A DNA stretch of 64,000 nt, taken from contig CBDBFU010000018.1 of NCBI GenBank assembly GCA_965205025.1, forward strand, positions 1-64,000, written 5' to 3'. Of this stretch, positions 50,146 to 60,398 are shown in pieces. This stretch comes from Candidatus Poribacteria bacterium. Lineage in GTDB: Bacteria; Poribacteria; WGA-4E; WGA-3G. The notes beneath the pieces are model-generated. The model saw nothing but the letters and a program-made list of their open reading frames with translations. It did not search any database and had not been told where the DNA came from. A program made the position numbers and the translations under genes. Position 1 is the stretch's first letter. Every line of letters starts with the position of its first letter.

Positions 50146-51051
50146 TTATAGGGGATAGGGGCCTTGGTGTCCAAAAGCAATTTCTGTCTTTAATAATTCC
50201 TGCGGGTTGCCTGTGTCATAACGTTTACCTTCTACACGGTAACCATACATTCCTTCCTGTTTTACGATTTCTCCCATGGCATCCCGCAGTTGAATCTCAC
50301 CATGTGTCAAAATCTTATTCCTGTAATTATAATCTAATACATCAAACAGGAGTGGTGTAAGTAAATCTATCCCAAAATGACACAGATATCTATGGTTTGG
50401 TTCGTTATCCCAAATACCATCAACACGCATATATTCCCGTGCATAATCCACTGTAGGTTTTTCTGCTATCCGTGCTAATTGGAATAGGTTTGAATTATCC
50501 TCAGAAACAGTTCCTTGTACAATTCCATTTACAGAAAGATCACTTTCATCGCAAATATCAAGGCTTGTCACTGATTTACCAACATTACCATAGACATCTA
50601 CCAACTGCTTTGCACAAGTCACATCGTTATCAGGAATATAGAGATGGTCACCGAGTAGGACTATCACAGGATCACCTGCAGCGAAATCCTTACCACAATA
50701 GATAGCGTGTCCAAACCCTTCAGGAACAGACTGAATTGCAAATTGCAATCGTTTCCCAATTTCTGTCAATTTGTCTGCATGAATTGCCAGTTCCGGTTTT
50801 TCCCGAATGGCTTGTGGCACATCCCCAGAGAAATAGTCAGTAATCGGGTCAACCTGATGAGGTTGTGCGACAATACACACCTGTTCTACACCAGCCGACA
50901 ATGCTTCCTCAATTATTAATTGTATGATCGGTTTTGCGAACCCATCTTTATCAATAATTGGGAAAAGTGCTTTTGGAACGGCTTTCGTAGCAGGGAACAA
51001 ACGGGTTCCATATCCAGCGATAGGTATTATTGCCTTTTTAATTGATGACAT
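50146..51051 (-). CDS. Sugar-phosphate nucleotidyltransferase (GalU-like)
   Basis: KAIIPIAGYGTRLFPATK, GFGHA, LLGD, EKP and RYDTG motifs; start placed at MSSIKK. Confidence 0.85.
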   Translation of the reverse strand: MSSIKKAIIPIAGYGTRLFPATKAVPKALFPIIDKDGFAKPIIQLIIEEALSAGVEQVCIVAQPHQVDPITDYFSGDVPQAIREKPELAIHADKLTEIGKRLQFAIQSVPEGFGHAIYCGKDFAAGDPVIVLLGDHLYIPDNDVTCAKQLVDVYGNVGKSVTSLDICDESDLSVNGIVQGTVSEDNSNLFQLARIAEKPTVDYAREYMRVDGIWDNEPNHRYLCHFGIDLLTPLLFDVLDYNYRNKILTHGEIQLRDAMGEIVKQEGMYGYRVEGKRYDTGNPQELLKTEIAFGHQGPYPL

Positions 51052-51160
51052 AGTTCGTAATCCTAACCGATTCAAAAATAAAAATGCGATGTCTACTTAG
51101 TTTCGCAGACATCGCACTATGAATGCACTACGTAATTAGTATAGACAGTGTAGAGAAATA

Positions 51161-51997
51161 CTATTTAACTGATTTGAGTTTACCCCAAGTGGTAGTTGTT
51201 TTACCACCAGCATCAACAGCTAAAGCTCCTTCAATACCGTTCCCAAGTGCAGTTACTTCATCATCGGTAAGTATGGTGTTAAAGATAACGATCTCGTCCA
51301 TCACACCTTTCCACTGACATCGCTTGTTACATCCCGGATCTGCTCCCATAAATACTGCTTCTGGTGAAGCCCAGGGTGGACCAGCTGCATCAGCACTATT
51401 CTGCAATTTACCATTCACATAAATATGCAATTTGGCACTGTCCCAAACACCAACGAGATGGATCCATTCTTTCGCGGGAAGAGGATCTCCGAGCACTTCA
51501 AGCTTACCACCGCCATTTGCAGAGCGTATGTGGAATGACGCTTGAGCCGTATTTTGTCCATTTTCATGTGCCCCTGTACCAAGGAGGTATTGGGACCAAG
51601 TAGAACATCCAAGACCTTTCCAAATAACACATTTTCCATTTGGTGTCTCTTCTGCCATTACCCACGCATGGATGGAAAAACCTTCAGAGGCTTTAAAATC
51701 TAACGCTGCTAAGGAATCAGCATTCCCTTTTTCACCAATTCTAACCCATGTATCGGCTCCGTCAAATTCTAATCCTCCCCCGAATTTACCTTTTACCCAT
51801 TTGAGGTCACCTACAAATACACCATCACTTCCATTTCCTGATTCATCAGTAACCGTTTCACCTTTACCATCTTCAAAAGTCCACATTCCAGCAATTGTGC
51901 CTTCATCAATATTGGCATCAACTGTATTTACATACCAACAAGTAGTAAACAACAGACTGAAGATGCCAATTATACTCATAGTCTTAACCATTGTCAT
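51161..51997 (-). CDS. Secreted LamG/concanavalin-like domain protein
   Basis: Signal peptide; GKFGGGLEFDG, WIHLVGVWD and MDEIVIFN; AVDAGGKTTTTWGKLK tail. Confidence 0.85.
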   Translation of the reverse strand: MTMVKTMSIIGIFSLLFTTCWYVNTVDANIDEGTIAGMWTFEDGKGETVTDESGNGSDGVFVGDLKWVKGKFGGGLEFDGADTWVRIGEKGNADSLAALDFKASEGFSIHAWVMAEETPNGKCVIWKGLGCSTWSQYLLGTGAHENGQNTAQASFHIRSANGGGKLEVLGDPLPAKEWIHLVGVWDSAKLHIYVNGKLQNSADAAGPPWASPEAVFMGADPGCNKRCQWKGVMDEIVIFNTILTDDEVTALGNGIEGALAVDAGGKTTTTWGKLKSVK

Positions 51998-52240
51998 ATT
52001 CTCCTTTAGTCTTTACCCGATTGTGTTTACTTGCCGTAGACCTATCGGGATCATTTTATTCTCAACTACTCAAGAAATCTAAGCAACATTGAGTTTTGTT
52101 AGATTGTTGAGTATTCGTTTATATTTATATCTGCAGATTTTATCATATACCATTTTTACATATTTTTCAAGTAATTCATCTCCATTGCCAAGATAAATCA
52201 GTATTTATTATACCAAGATGTATAAATAGAAGATATCGCG

Positions 52241-53089
52241 CTAATTTATAGATTTTAGTTTTCCCCAGGTAGTCGTGGTTTTTCCAGAGGCATCTACTGC
52301 TAAAACCCCTTCAATTCCATTACCGAGGGAAACAACTTGATCCTTGGTGAGCGGCATATTAAAGATAACAACTTCGTCAATGATACCTGCCCAATGACAC
52401 CTTCCCTTACCAGCATTACAACCTGTATCATGTCCTATGAAGACAGCTTCAGGTGAATCCCAGGGTTGTCCTACAGCGTCAGCACTGTTTTGCAGTTTTC
52501 CGTTAACATATATGTGTATTTTCGCGCCATCCCATACACCGACCAAATGTACCCACTCATTTACGGGAAGCGGATCTCCGAGTGCTTCAAATTTATCAGG
52601 TGAACTTCTTAGTCGATAATGGAAGGAAGCTTGGTTTATTCTTCCGCCAGGATTCTCATGTGCACCCGTGCCAAGTAGATATTGTGACCAGCTTGAGCAT
52701 CCTTGTCCTTTCCATATTACACATTTCCCATTGGGAGGCACTGATGAAAGAACCCATGCATGAATTGAGAAACCTTTGGAGTCTTTAAAATTTAGGGCAG
52801 CCAAACTATCAGCATCACCTTTCGTACCTATACGCACATGGTTTTGTGCTTCAACACCAGTAAACTCTATACCTCCACCGAATTTACCTTCCACCCATTT
52901 GATATCGCCTACAAATACACCATCACTACCGTTTCCAGAAAGATCTTCAACAGTTTCACCTTTTCCTTCTTCAAATATCCACATGCCCTGTATTATGTTC
53001 GGTGAAATCTTGGCATCACTCTTTTGAACTATAATCATACCAAACACACATATTACAATTATTATATACCCAATATACTGTTTTATCAT
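52241..53089 (-). CDS. Secreted LamG domain protein (paralog of the adjacent gene)
   Basis: Same architecture; shared KCVIWKGxGCSxWSQYLLGTGAHEN. Confidence 0.85.
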   Translation of the reverse strand: MIKQYIGYIIIVICVFGMIIVQKSDAKISPNIIQGMWIFEEGKGETVEDLSGNGSDGVFVGDIKWVEGKFGGGIEFTGVEAQNHVRIGTKGDADSLAALNFKDSKGFSIHAWVLSSVPPNGKCVIWKGQGCSSWSQYLLGTGAHENPGGRINQASFHYRLRSSPDKFEALGDPLPVNEWVHLVGVWDGAKIHIYVNGKLQNSADAVGQPWDSPEAVFIGHDTGCNAGKGRCHWAGIIDEVVIFNMPLTKDQVVSLGNGIEGVLAVDASGKTTTTWGKLKSIN

Positions 53090-53199
53090 AATAACTTCTT
53101 ATCACATGAGATAACTTAATTAGTAGCAATACGAACTATAGTCACCGATTACAATTTTCATATTATCTTTTAGTCCTTCAGGAAATATACTCTATGAAT

Positions 53200-54339
53200 T
53201 TACTTCTTGATCTGCCCCCATTGGGTTGACATTTTCCCCGCAGGATCAACGGCTAATGTTCGATTTAGCCAATTCGGTTCACCATCATAACTTGGATGAT
53301 TTGTGATATTTACAATTTTATGTGTATTAAGATGGTATCTATAAATATCCGAATTACCTCCCCAACGTTCTGGGGAAGCTGCGAATATAATTTCTTTACT
53401 ATTCGGGGACCATCCTGTACCTAAAGCGAATGACCATTCTTCTGGAATTGTCAATTTCGGTATATCAAAACCGTCAACACTGATGATAACCAATCTATCC
53501 TTTTTACCTAAAATTAGGTTAATAATAAAGGGGATAACATTGGGATTCTGATTAGCATTGGCTATTACATCCGCAAAACTAAGCTCATGATACAAAATAT
53601 ATTTCCCATTTGGGGACCAACGAGGACGATTCTTTATGATACTAAGTTCAGGGGGTGTTAAAGGCTTAGTCACCTCTCTCTTAACATCCATTATATAGAT
53701 GGTTTGCCCTCTTCGGGGAGTACTTTGTTCGTAGGCAATATATCTCCCATCTGGTGACCAGGATGGTTCATTTGCCGTACCATCAAGAGGTCTGTTGTCA
53801 GTCATTTGTCTTACTTTACCACTAAAGATGTCAAGGATATGGATTTCATTCCTTCCTGAACGATTGCTTGTGAATGCAATGTGCTCTCCATCTGGTGACC
53901 ATGCTGGACTACCGTCTCGTGCGGGATGATCCGTGAGATTTCGCTGGTTATCACCATCAGCATCCATAAGGATAATATCGAATTGTTTCCCCTTAATATC
54001 CGCATCTACATCTCTTGTAAAGGCAATTTGTTTCCCATCCGGTGACCAGACAGGACTTTTTTCAAAAAACTGATTATCTGTTAATCTTTGGATATCGCTT
54101 CCATTGTCGTCCATCACATATATTTCGCGAGTGCCATCCCGTGAAGATGTAAATACAATTTTTGCTTGGGCAACAACAGAAATTAATAACATCAGTATTA
54201 TGACTATACATTTATGATAATTGAGCATAGATAATTGTGGATGGTTCATAATTCTCCCAAATGAGATATCAAAGTGACTATTTATGTTTGATGAAAAGGA
54301 TGATGGACTTATCAGGTACAGATGGGATTTCTTTCTCAA
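53200..54339 (-). CDS. TolB-like PD40/WD40 beta-propeller protein
   Basis: Repeated PxWSPDG; AVDPAGKMSTQWGQIK tail; real start is probably downstream (near 54249 or 54228). Confidence 0.85.
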   Translation of the reverse strand: MRKKSHLYLISPSSFSSNINSHFDISFGRIMNHPQLSMLNYHKCIVIILMLLISVVAQAKIVFTSSRDGTREIYVMDDNGSDIQRLTDNQFFEKSPVWSPDGKQIAFTRDVDADIKGKQFDIILMDADGDNQRNLTDHPARDGSPAWSPDGEHIAFTSNRSGRNEIHILDIFSGKVRQMTDNRPLDGTANEPSWSPDGRYIAYEQSTPRRGQTIYIMDVKREVTKPLTPPELSIIKNRPRWSPNGKYILYHELSFADVIANANQNPNVIPFIINLILGKKDRLVIISVDGFDIPKLTIPEEWSFALGTGWSPNSKEIIFAASPERWGGNSDIYRYHLNTHKIVNITNHPSYDGEPNWLNRTLAVDPAGKMSTQWGQIKK

Positions 54340-54388
54340 TTTCCTGTAAGTATACTGAAACTAAAAAATAAATAGACACTTTTACCCT

Positions 54389-54455
54389 CTGGTAGGTTCG
54401 GTTTCCCGGGGAATGCCTAAATGGCGTTCATACCGTTGATTCACCGAACCGGCAC
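54389..54455. repeat. GTAG-REP interrupted by a 35-bp element (54407-54441, minus)
   Basis: GGTAGGTTCGGTTTCC-[element]-CACCGAACC; the intact form is at 19889-19914 on the opposite strand. Confidence 0.8.
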
Positions 54456-54492
54456 AGAGCGTCCTATTGATTCTAAACTCTACTATAAATAT

Positions 54493-55431
54493 TTATGTGG
54501 CTAATGCCGCGAATAGTGCTTTGATGTAACCAACTGAATATGCTAATCCGTCATTACCTTCTAATCTTGGAATATGGTCCGGGTTTATACACCCATCAAA
54601 TCCAACATTTTTTAATTCACTCACGATCTTGAACATGTTCATGTCACCATCGTCAAGAAGTGTTTCTTCGAATGCTCCTGCTGTGGCAAGGCTACCTCGA
54701 ACATTACGTAGATGGACCATAAAGATTCGATCCTTCCGTCCATAATTGTTTATCTCATCAAGAACAATTGTGCTACCCCCTGCCTCAGCACGAGTTCCAC
54801 AACAGTAAAGATAGCCAACGTTCTTACTTGGAAATGTATCTATCACCCTATGAAATCCAAGACTTCCTAATGGTGTATCAGGATTCGGTACATCTGATGG
54901 ATGAATTGCGAGTTTTATGTCCTGTTCATCAGCAATTGGAACGAGTGCGGCATATACTTCACAGAATCGTTCCCACCATTCATCAAGTTCTTCTCTGGTT
55001 GGTATAGGTGGAGGGTTTTGGGTAGCAGCACGACTTTCTCCACGAGAAATATAGCCACCACGGTGAACAGCTGAATAACGAGTCATTAAAAAGTCAAAAG
55101 TATCACCCCAAAACCGTTGTCGTGCAATAGGTACACCTGCTTCAGCGAAGACTTTCAATGCGTTACAAGTATTTTCGAGTTCCTTTTCCCCACCAGGTTG
55201 TCCCTTCATGAACTTTTCTGTAATGTTCGGTAACGTTACACGATTGATATCTAAACCGTAGGAACGTAGCAATTTCTTCATTTTTAAAAGTTCATCTAAA
55301 TCAGGATACCCTTGTTCACTCACACCTGGAAATGAGCCACCATTTCCAAAATCTATACAGTCTGCCCCAAGTTGTGTAACTTGCTTTAGATAGGATTCAG
55401 AAAGGCCACCATCCCAAACAGATATCTTCAT
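54493..55431 (-). CDS. Mannonate dehydratase (UxuA)-family protein
   Basis: LAIHPSD, VHLRNVRG, DDGDMNM, INPDHIP and YSVGYIKAL motifs. Confidence 0.82.
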   Translation of the reverse strand: MKISVWDGGLSESYLKQVTQLGADCIDFGNGGSFPGVSEQGYPDLDELLKMKKLLRSYGLDINRVTLPNITEKFMKGQPGGEKELENTCNALKVFAEAGVPIARQRFWGDTFDFLMTRYSAVHRGGYISRGESRAATQNPPPIPTREELDEWWERFCEVYAALVPIADEQDIKLAIHPSDVPNPDTPLGSLGFHRVIDTFPSKNVGYLYCCGTRAEAGGSTIVLDEINNYGRKDRIFMVHLRNVRGSLATAGAFEETLLDDGDMNMFKIVSELKNVGFDGCINPDHIPRLEGNDGLAYSVGYIKALFAALAT

Positions 55432-55442
55432 TTTTCTCTCCT

Positions 55443-56447
55443 CTATAATGGCAATGTTACCGGCTGTCCTGTCTCTACTGATTTGTATGCGGCTAAAGCA
55501 ATTTCAACGGCAGCGCGTCCATCAGCACCCGTTATTGGTGGGGTGGTATTGTTGCGAATTGAATCAACAAAAACACGAATTTCTTGTTGTACCGGAGGAG
55601 GAACTTCGATATCACTGATTTTTATACTTCTGCCTTCACCTTCAAAAGGTTTTATCTGTATAGATGCATCACCACCCCAAGTTTGTGGGAAGTATATTGA
55701 CCCTTTATCACAATCAACTCGTCCTCCATAACCACCTATAGCTGCTACATGACTGGAGTGGAGTAATCCGACCGCTCCATTTTGAAAATTCAATGATGCA
55801 AGTACAAGATCAGGATAGTTTGTATGGTCATGAACATATTGTCCCCCAACACCATAGACCTTTTCTACATCTCCACAAGTCCATCGCATGAAATCAATCT
55901 CATGAGCGTTAATTTCCATGAGACTACCGCCAGATTTTTCTCTTTCTAAACGCCATGGAACACGATTCCCACCACCCCACGGACCTCCAATACGATGCAC
56001 CATCATATTGACAGGGGTACCAAGTTCACCACTCTGTACAATTTCTCGAACTTTGGAATGTGTGGCATGATAACGGCAAACTAAACCGATAGTCAGGTAA
56101 ACGTTATTCTCTACTGCCGCATTAATCATTGAATCACATTCTTCTAATGTGGGTGCCATCGGTTTTTCTGAAAATACATGCTTACCGGCATTGGTAGCAT
56201 CTATAGCCATCTGGGCATGTAAGAATGGTGGTGAGGCGATTAATACAGCTTGTATTTTATCATTTGCTAAGAGTTGATGGTAATCGGTAGTGTAGTTTGT
56301 ATTTAAATTCTCAGCGAGTGTTTTTGCTAATTCCTCTTGTAGATCACTTACGCAAATAACATCTATACCCTCAACGGCATGTGCTCCATTTGCGAGACTT
56401 CTCCCCATTCCTCCACAACCAATGACCCCTATCCCGATGGTTTCCAT
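55443..56447 (-). CDS. Gfo/Idh/MocA family oxidoreductase
   Basis: GVIGCGGMG, HVFSEKP and SGGSLMEINAHEID motifs. Confidence 0.9.
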   Translation of the reverse strand: METIGIGVIGCGGMGRSLANGAHAVEGIDVICVSDLQEELAKTLAENLNTNYTTDYHQLLANDKIQAVLIASPPFLHAQMAIDATNAGKHVFSEKPMAPTLEECDSMINAAVENNVYLTIGLVCRYHATHSKVREIVQSGELGTPVNMMVHRIGGPWGGGNRVPWRLEREKSGGSLMEINAHEIDFMRWTCGDVEKVYGVGGQYVHDHTNYPDLVLASLNFQNGAVGLLHSSHVAAIGGYGGRVDCDKGSIYFPQTWGGDASIQIKPFEGEGRSIKISDIEVPPPVQQEIRVFVDSIRNNTTPPITGADGRAAVEIALAAYKSVETGQPVTLPL

Positions 56448-56609
56448 TTATTTCTCCATAATTATCACCCTACATACAATGTCAATGGGTGTATAAATTG
56501 TTTTCTACAAGTAATTTATGCAATTCAAATGATTAACTTTTCATCCTAAGAAGCCTTGAGATCAAGGGTAGAGACCACTTTAATTCCTTAAGCGAAATTC
56601 ATGTTTGGT

Positions 56610-57477
56610 TTATCTACGTCTCGCCTTTATATGTCCCCAGGTTACACTCAAGTGATTTGAAGTTGGACTAACATCAAGTCCTTCTGCCCTCATGTTTTTC
56701 TTTACTTCAGCTGCTGTCAATGCCCGATCATAAATACGGAATTCGTCGACATATCCTTGAATAGTATCACAATTGCATCCATCCGAACGATCTCCAATTG
56801 CTAACTTGAGTCCACCTTTCGGTAGTTTGCCACCTGGGACTGCATACTTTTTCTCTTGTTTTCCATTCACATAGTAATGAACTGTATTTCCATCGTATGT
56901 CCCTACAAGATGTATCCATTCTTCAAGTGGAATATCTTCCAACACATTATGTTGTGCAGCTTTAGTTTCCTGACCACCAGCCCTAACAAAAAAGCCGTGT
57001 TGGTTGTCATCATCATCATAATATAAACTAACAACTGCCTTATTAGCAGGCATATCATCAAGCGAGATGATCCGATTCCAACTATCATCTAAGGCATTAA
57101 ATGAAAACCCAACACTCCAACGTGATTTCATTCCAATCACGGTCTATTTTCGCTGGTGCTGAATCTTCAACGAGAAAATAGTCAACATCCCCATCAAATA
57201 ACACACATTCCCCAACTTTACAATTATCTGCTGCTGCGAGTTCAGGGTCGCCTTTTACAACTGCCTTAAGACCTGAAAAAATATCCTCTGCCTGCTTCTG
57301 AATTTGCACTGTATCTCTATCAAATGACCAGTATGCCACAAGACCGTCTTCTATTGCACCTATAACAGCATACGTTGGAAGTGTTAAACATGTTAGAAAC
57401 ACAATAACAATCAAACTGAATATTGGTAATACTGTTTTTGTGAACATGATGCCTCCTTTGCTTTGGTTGATTAACAT
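56610..57477 (-). CDS. Secreted LamG domain protein, +1 frameshift at ~57100
   Basis: GLVAYWSFD...ITLECWVFI joins NALDDSWNR after deleting one base; WIHLVGTYDG; LSVTWGHIK tail; start probably at 57447. Confidence 0.82.
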
Positions 57478-57499
57478 AAGTTTGACTAACCAAAAATAT

Positions 57500-57675
57500 T
57501 ACTAACGGATTTTGATCATTTCAACACAGTTTTCAGACTCTTTCCTCACCCCGGTGAATGACCTAATGTCATTCATACCGTTGATTCGAGGGGTGATATG
57601 TCTATAGAAAATGGTATATCAACACCCTGCACTCCAGCGGAGTGCTATGTAAGTAAATAGGTGGAACTTGAGTTA
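57500..57675. repeat. IS-free paralog of the composite element at 60321-61750, containing a 35-bp element (57552-57586, minus)
   Basis: TACTAACGGATTTTGAT...CCTCACCCCGGTGAATGACC|TGTCATTCATACCGTTGATTCGAGGGGTGATATGTCTATAG is shared with the IS630 flanks. Confidence 0.85.
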
Positions 57676-59064
57676 GGTTAAGTCTCTCATAGCACGACGA
57701 CGATCATCAGCAATTTGACGTTCTGCTTCTTCATCAGAAGGTTGTTGAAGGTCAATTGATTGAATTGGACGATATTGAGCCGCTTCACTTCTACGTTTAA
57801 AGAGTCGGAAATAGTCAAATCTTGTTAATGTCGGAGGTATATTTCCAGGGCAGAGCGAGTGCAAGCCAACCTGTACACGAGGTCCCATTGCAACACGAGT
57901 GACACCCACTCCCTTCCAATGGATAGCGTCTTCACTCGCGTATGCAGTAAATTGATTCCCCCGTCGTTCAAGCCTAAGAAATAGTTCCCGCACATTACGC
58001 ATTCCACCGCGAGCCACCAGTCCAAATCGTCGATTCACATGCCGTTCAAAACGGACATCCCCTCTGAATGCATGCGGTCCAGATGTCTTTTCAAGTCGAA
58101 GGAATTGGTTTTCATTTTTCCATACAATCAGTCCACCATGTTCACGGAGTTGAGGTGTGATCCGCATACGTGTTTCTATAGCAAAATCTTCAGTAACTTC
58201 CATGAGAAGTCGAGGTGCTGTCATATCACCACCTCTTCTGTTCGGACCGTGCCAGAGATCTTGTCCGGATTCAGTACGCATCTCAAGGTAGCCTTGTCGC
58301 TCTGTCCAATCACCTCCACCTTGTGGATCTTCCCAACGCCATTCAGGACGCATGTCATTACCAATGAACTCATCATCAAATACCATTTCAGTAAATTCTC
58401 CTGATGAAGCCCATCCTTCAATTTTTATCGCAGAGATAGAATCACCAAAATTCTGCGGTAATAAATGTAAGTTTGGAAATTCTTTTTTATACTCTGATGG
58501 TTCCATACGGACTCTAAGTTGACCTCCCTCAAATTCTGGGTGTTCGTAAAACACGACTTCAGCTCCATCAGGAGGAAAATCTGGACCCTTAAATATTCTC
58601 ATTGATGAGATTCGATCTTCAAACCAAGTGCCCCCTTGAGGGTCTCTTAGATTGGCAATATCACGGAGAATTGTTATTTTCTTACCTTTGAATTCGACAT
58701 GTTCATAACATTCAACAATGATCGGAATTGTTCCCCATTCTGGTCCTACAACGTCTATAGATGATCCAAAGTTTATAGAGGATATTCTATCAGCAAAGTT
58801 GAATGCAACATCATGTAGATTCGGATAAAATCCAGGACCAAGTGCTAATTTTTTACCTTTATAGTTGACATGTTGATAAAGGTGGACTTTATAATTTGGA
58901 CTACCGGCAAAATTCGGTCCTTTGTAAACTCGAAGTGAGGAGATATTGTCTTGAAAACCGATATGACCAGTATGTGGAACTGGTTCTAAGACATATCCCA
59001 TCCTACCGCGAAAATTAGTGTGTTGAAATACTTCAACTATCAGACGGGGAATTACAACTGGCAT
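57673..59064 (-). CDS. Beta/gamma-crystallin repeat protein fused to a DUF1349/ConA-like domain
   Basis: Four (F/Y)xHxx(F/Y)xG...D(N/R/S)IS(S/A) Greek-key motifs; DLWHG...APRLL...GGLIVW...LRLERRGNQFTAYAS. Confidence 0.8.
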   Translation of the reverse strand: MPVVIPRLIVEVFQHTNFRGRMGYVLEPVPHTGHIGFQDNISSLRVYKGPNFAGSPNYKVHLYQHVNYKGKKLALGPGFYPNLHDVAFNFADRISSINFGSSIDVVGPEWGTIPIIVECYEHVEFKGKKITILRDIANLRDPQGGTWFEDRISSMRIFKGPDFPPDGAEVVFYEHPEFEGGQLRVRMEPSEYKKEFPNLHLLPQNFGDSISAIKIEGWASSGEFTEMVFDDEFIGNDMRPEWRWEDPQGGGDWTERQGYLEMRTESGQDLWHGPNRRGGDMTAPRLLMEVTEDFAIETRMRITPQLREHGGLIVWKNENQFLRLEKTSGPHAFRGDVRFERHVNRRFGLVARGGMRNVRELFLRLERRGNQFTAYASEDAIHWKGVGVTRVAMGPRVQVGLHSLCPGNIPPTLTRFDYFRLFKRRSEAAQYRPIQSIDLQQPSDEEAERQIADDRRRAMRDLT

Positions 59065-59187
59065 TATATTCTCCTATTTATTTTTTCAAATTCTTAATTA
59101 TTTCAAGTCAATAGCCAATGAAAGTTGTGTTATTGAATCTATTTATTGGATGTAGGTATTCATATATTGGTCGTTTTCCGTTTCAAA

Positions 59188-60282
59188 TTAACCTTCAAGA
59201 GTTGCTTCATATACTTGTGAAAAACCACATCTATCGGATGTAAACACGACATGTTTTCCATCAGGACTAAATGATGGATGTGGATGTGTATGTTGCGGTG
59301 CATATACAGTTATGGGACCATCAGCATACGGAAAAGGTCCATTCCAATGTTCACCGATTGATGATGCGTATGGGAAACACAATGTTTCCGGTTCACCTAT
59401 GCCATCACGTGGATCGAATAACTGTATGCCAATATCTGGAAAGTTAGTATCCGCAACCATGAGTGTTCCTTGTCTATTAGAAATAGCATGCCATGCGTTA
59501 ATGGTTGTAACCTGCCGTACCTCTTTAGTATCAGCATTGACACATCTTACACCACGGTTCCAATCTACAAAAGCAAGTTCACGGGTTCCGGGAATCCAAG
59601 TCTCGTGAGTGATCCACTCATTTTCTTCTTCATTCCGTTCATAGAGCCGTCGGTTTCCTGTACCATCCCTATTTATTACCCAGACTCGATCTGTCAGCGG
59701 ACCAGCATAATACAGTAAGTCTGCATCATCAGGACAGAATTGGAGATGGGCAATACTGTCTCTTCTTAAAATAACCTCATTTTCACCAGTTTCAGCGTTG
59801 ATAATATTCAGAGCGACTTCGTCACCTACCCGATAACGAACTGCCCACCATTTATCATCATGACTAAGTGCAGTTGTTCCCATAGCTGCTGCAACCATAC
59901 CCTTATCTTGCATTTCTGTCGCAACGAAGTTTACGAGTTCTCGCTCTTCAAGTGTAACTAAATCAAGCCTCCATCCGCTTGTTCCAGCAGTAAAAAAGAC
60001 GGCTTCACCATTCCAAGAAGGATGAACAGACCATTCACTCAAATCGGGTCTGTCAGTGAGTTGAATTAACTCTCCTGTTTCGCGGTCTTCAGCGAAAATC
60101 TGTGATGACCCGGTCCGATATGAGACAAAAAAGAGTCTCTTCATCATATTGTCATAGGCAGGTATTATGAAGAATGGATGATGATGTAAGGCACATGCAG
60201 TCGTAACCTGACGGATATGTGTACCTGTTCTTCTATCATAAAAAGAACGTGATTCAGATGAAGAAACTGTTCCTTTTGCCAT
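59188..60282 (-). CDS. Oligogalacturonate-lyase-like beta-propeller protein
   Basis: IRQVT...HHHPFF, AHLQFCP, ITHETW, WH and THPHPSFSPDG motifs. Confidence 0.75.
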   Translation of the reverse strand: MAKGTVSSSESRSFYDRRTGTHIRQVTTACALHHHPFFIIPAYDNMMKRLFFVSYRTGSSQIFAEDRETGELIQLTDRPDLSEWSVHPSWNGEAVFFTAGTSGWRLDLVTLEERELVNFVATEMQDKGMVAAAMGTTALSHDDKWWAVRYRVGDEVALNIINAETGENEVILRRDSIAHLQFCPDDADLLYYAGPLTDRVWVINRDGTGNRRLYERNEEENEWITHETWIPGTRELAFVDWNRGVRCVNADTKEVRQVTTINAWHAISNRQGTLMVADTNFPDIGIQLFDPRDGIGEPETLCFPYASSIGEHWNGPFPYADGPITVYAPQHTHPHPSFSPDGKHVVFTSDRCGFSQVYEATLEG

Positions 60283-60398
60283 ATTTAATTACAAACGTAT
60301 AACAGACATCTCCTTATATAACCTAAGTTGCTACTAACGGATTTTGATAGTTTCAACACAGTTTTTCAGACACTTTCCTCACCCCGGTGAATGACCTA

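Noticed and set aside
793-57101. Programmed frameshifting, phase variation or pseudogenisation in four genes (~794, ~3000, ~48470-48490, ~57100)
   Set aside because: All are single-base insertions, mostly in 2-3 nt runs, in otherwise intact genes with no slippery or long SSR tract. They are most simply long-read consensus errors; read mapping is needed to confirm.
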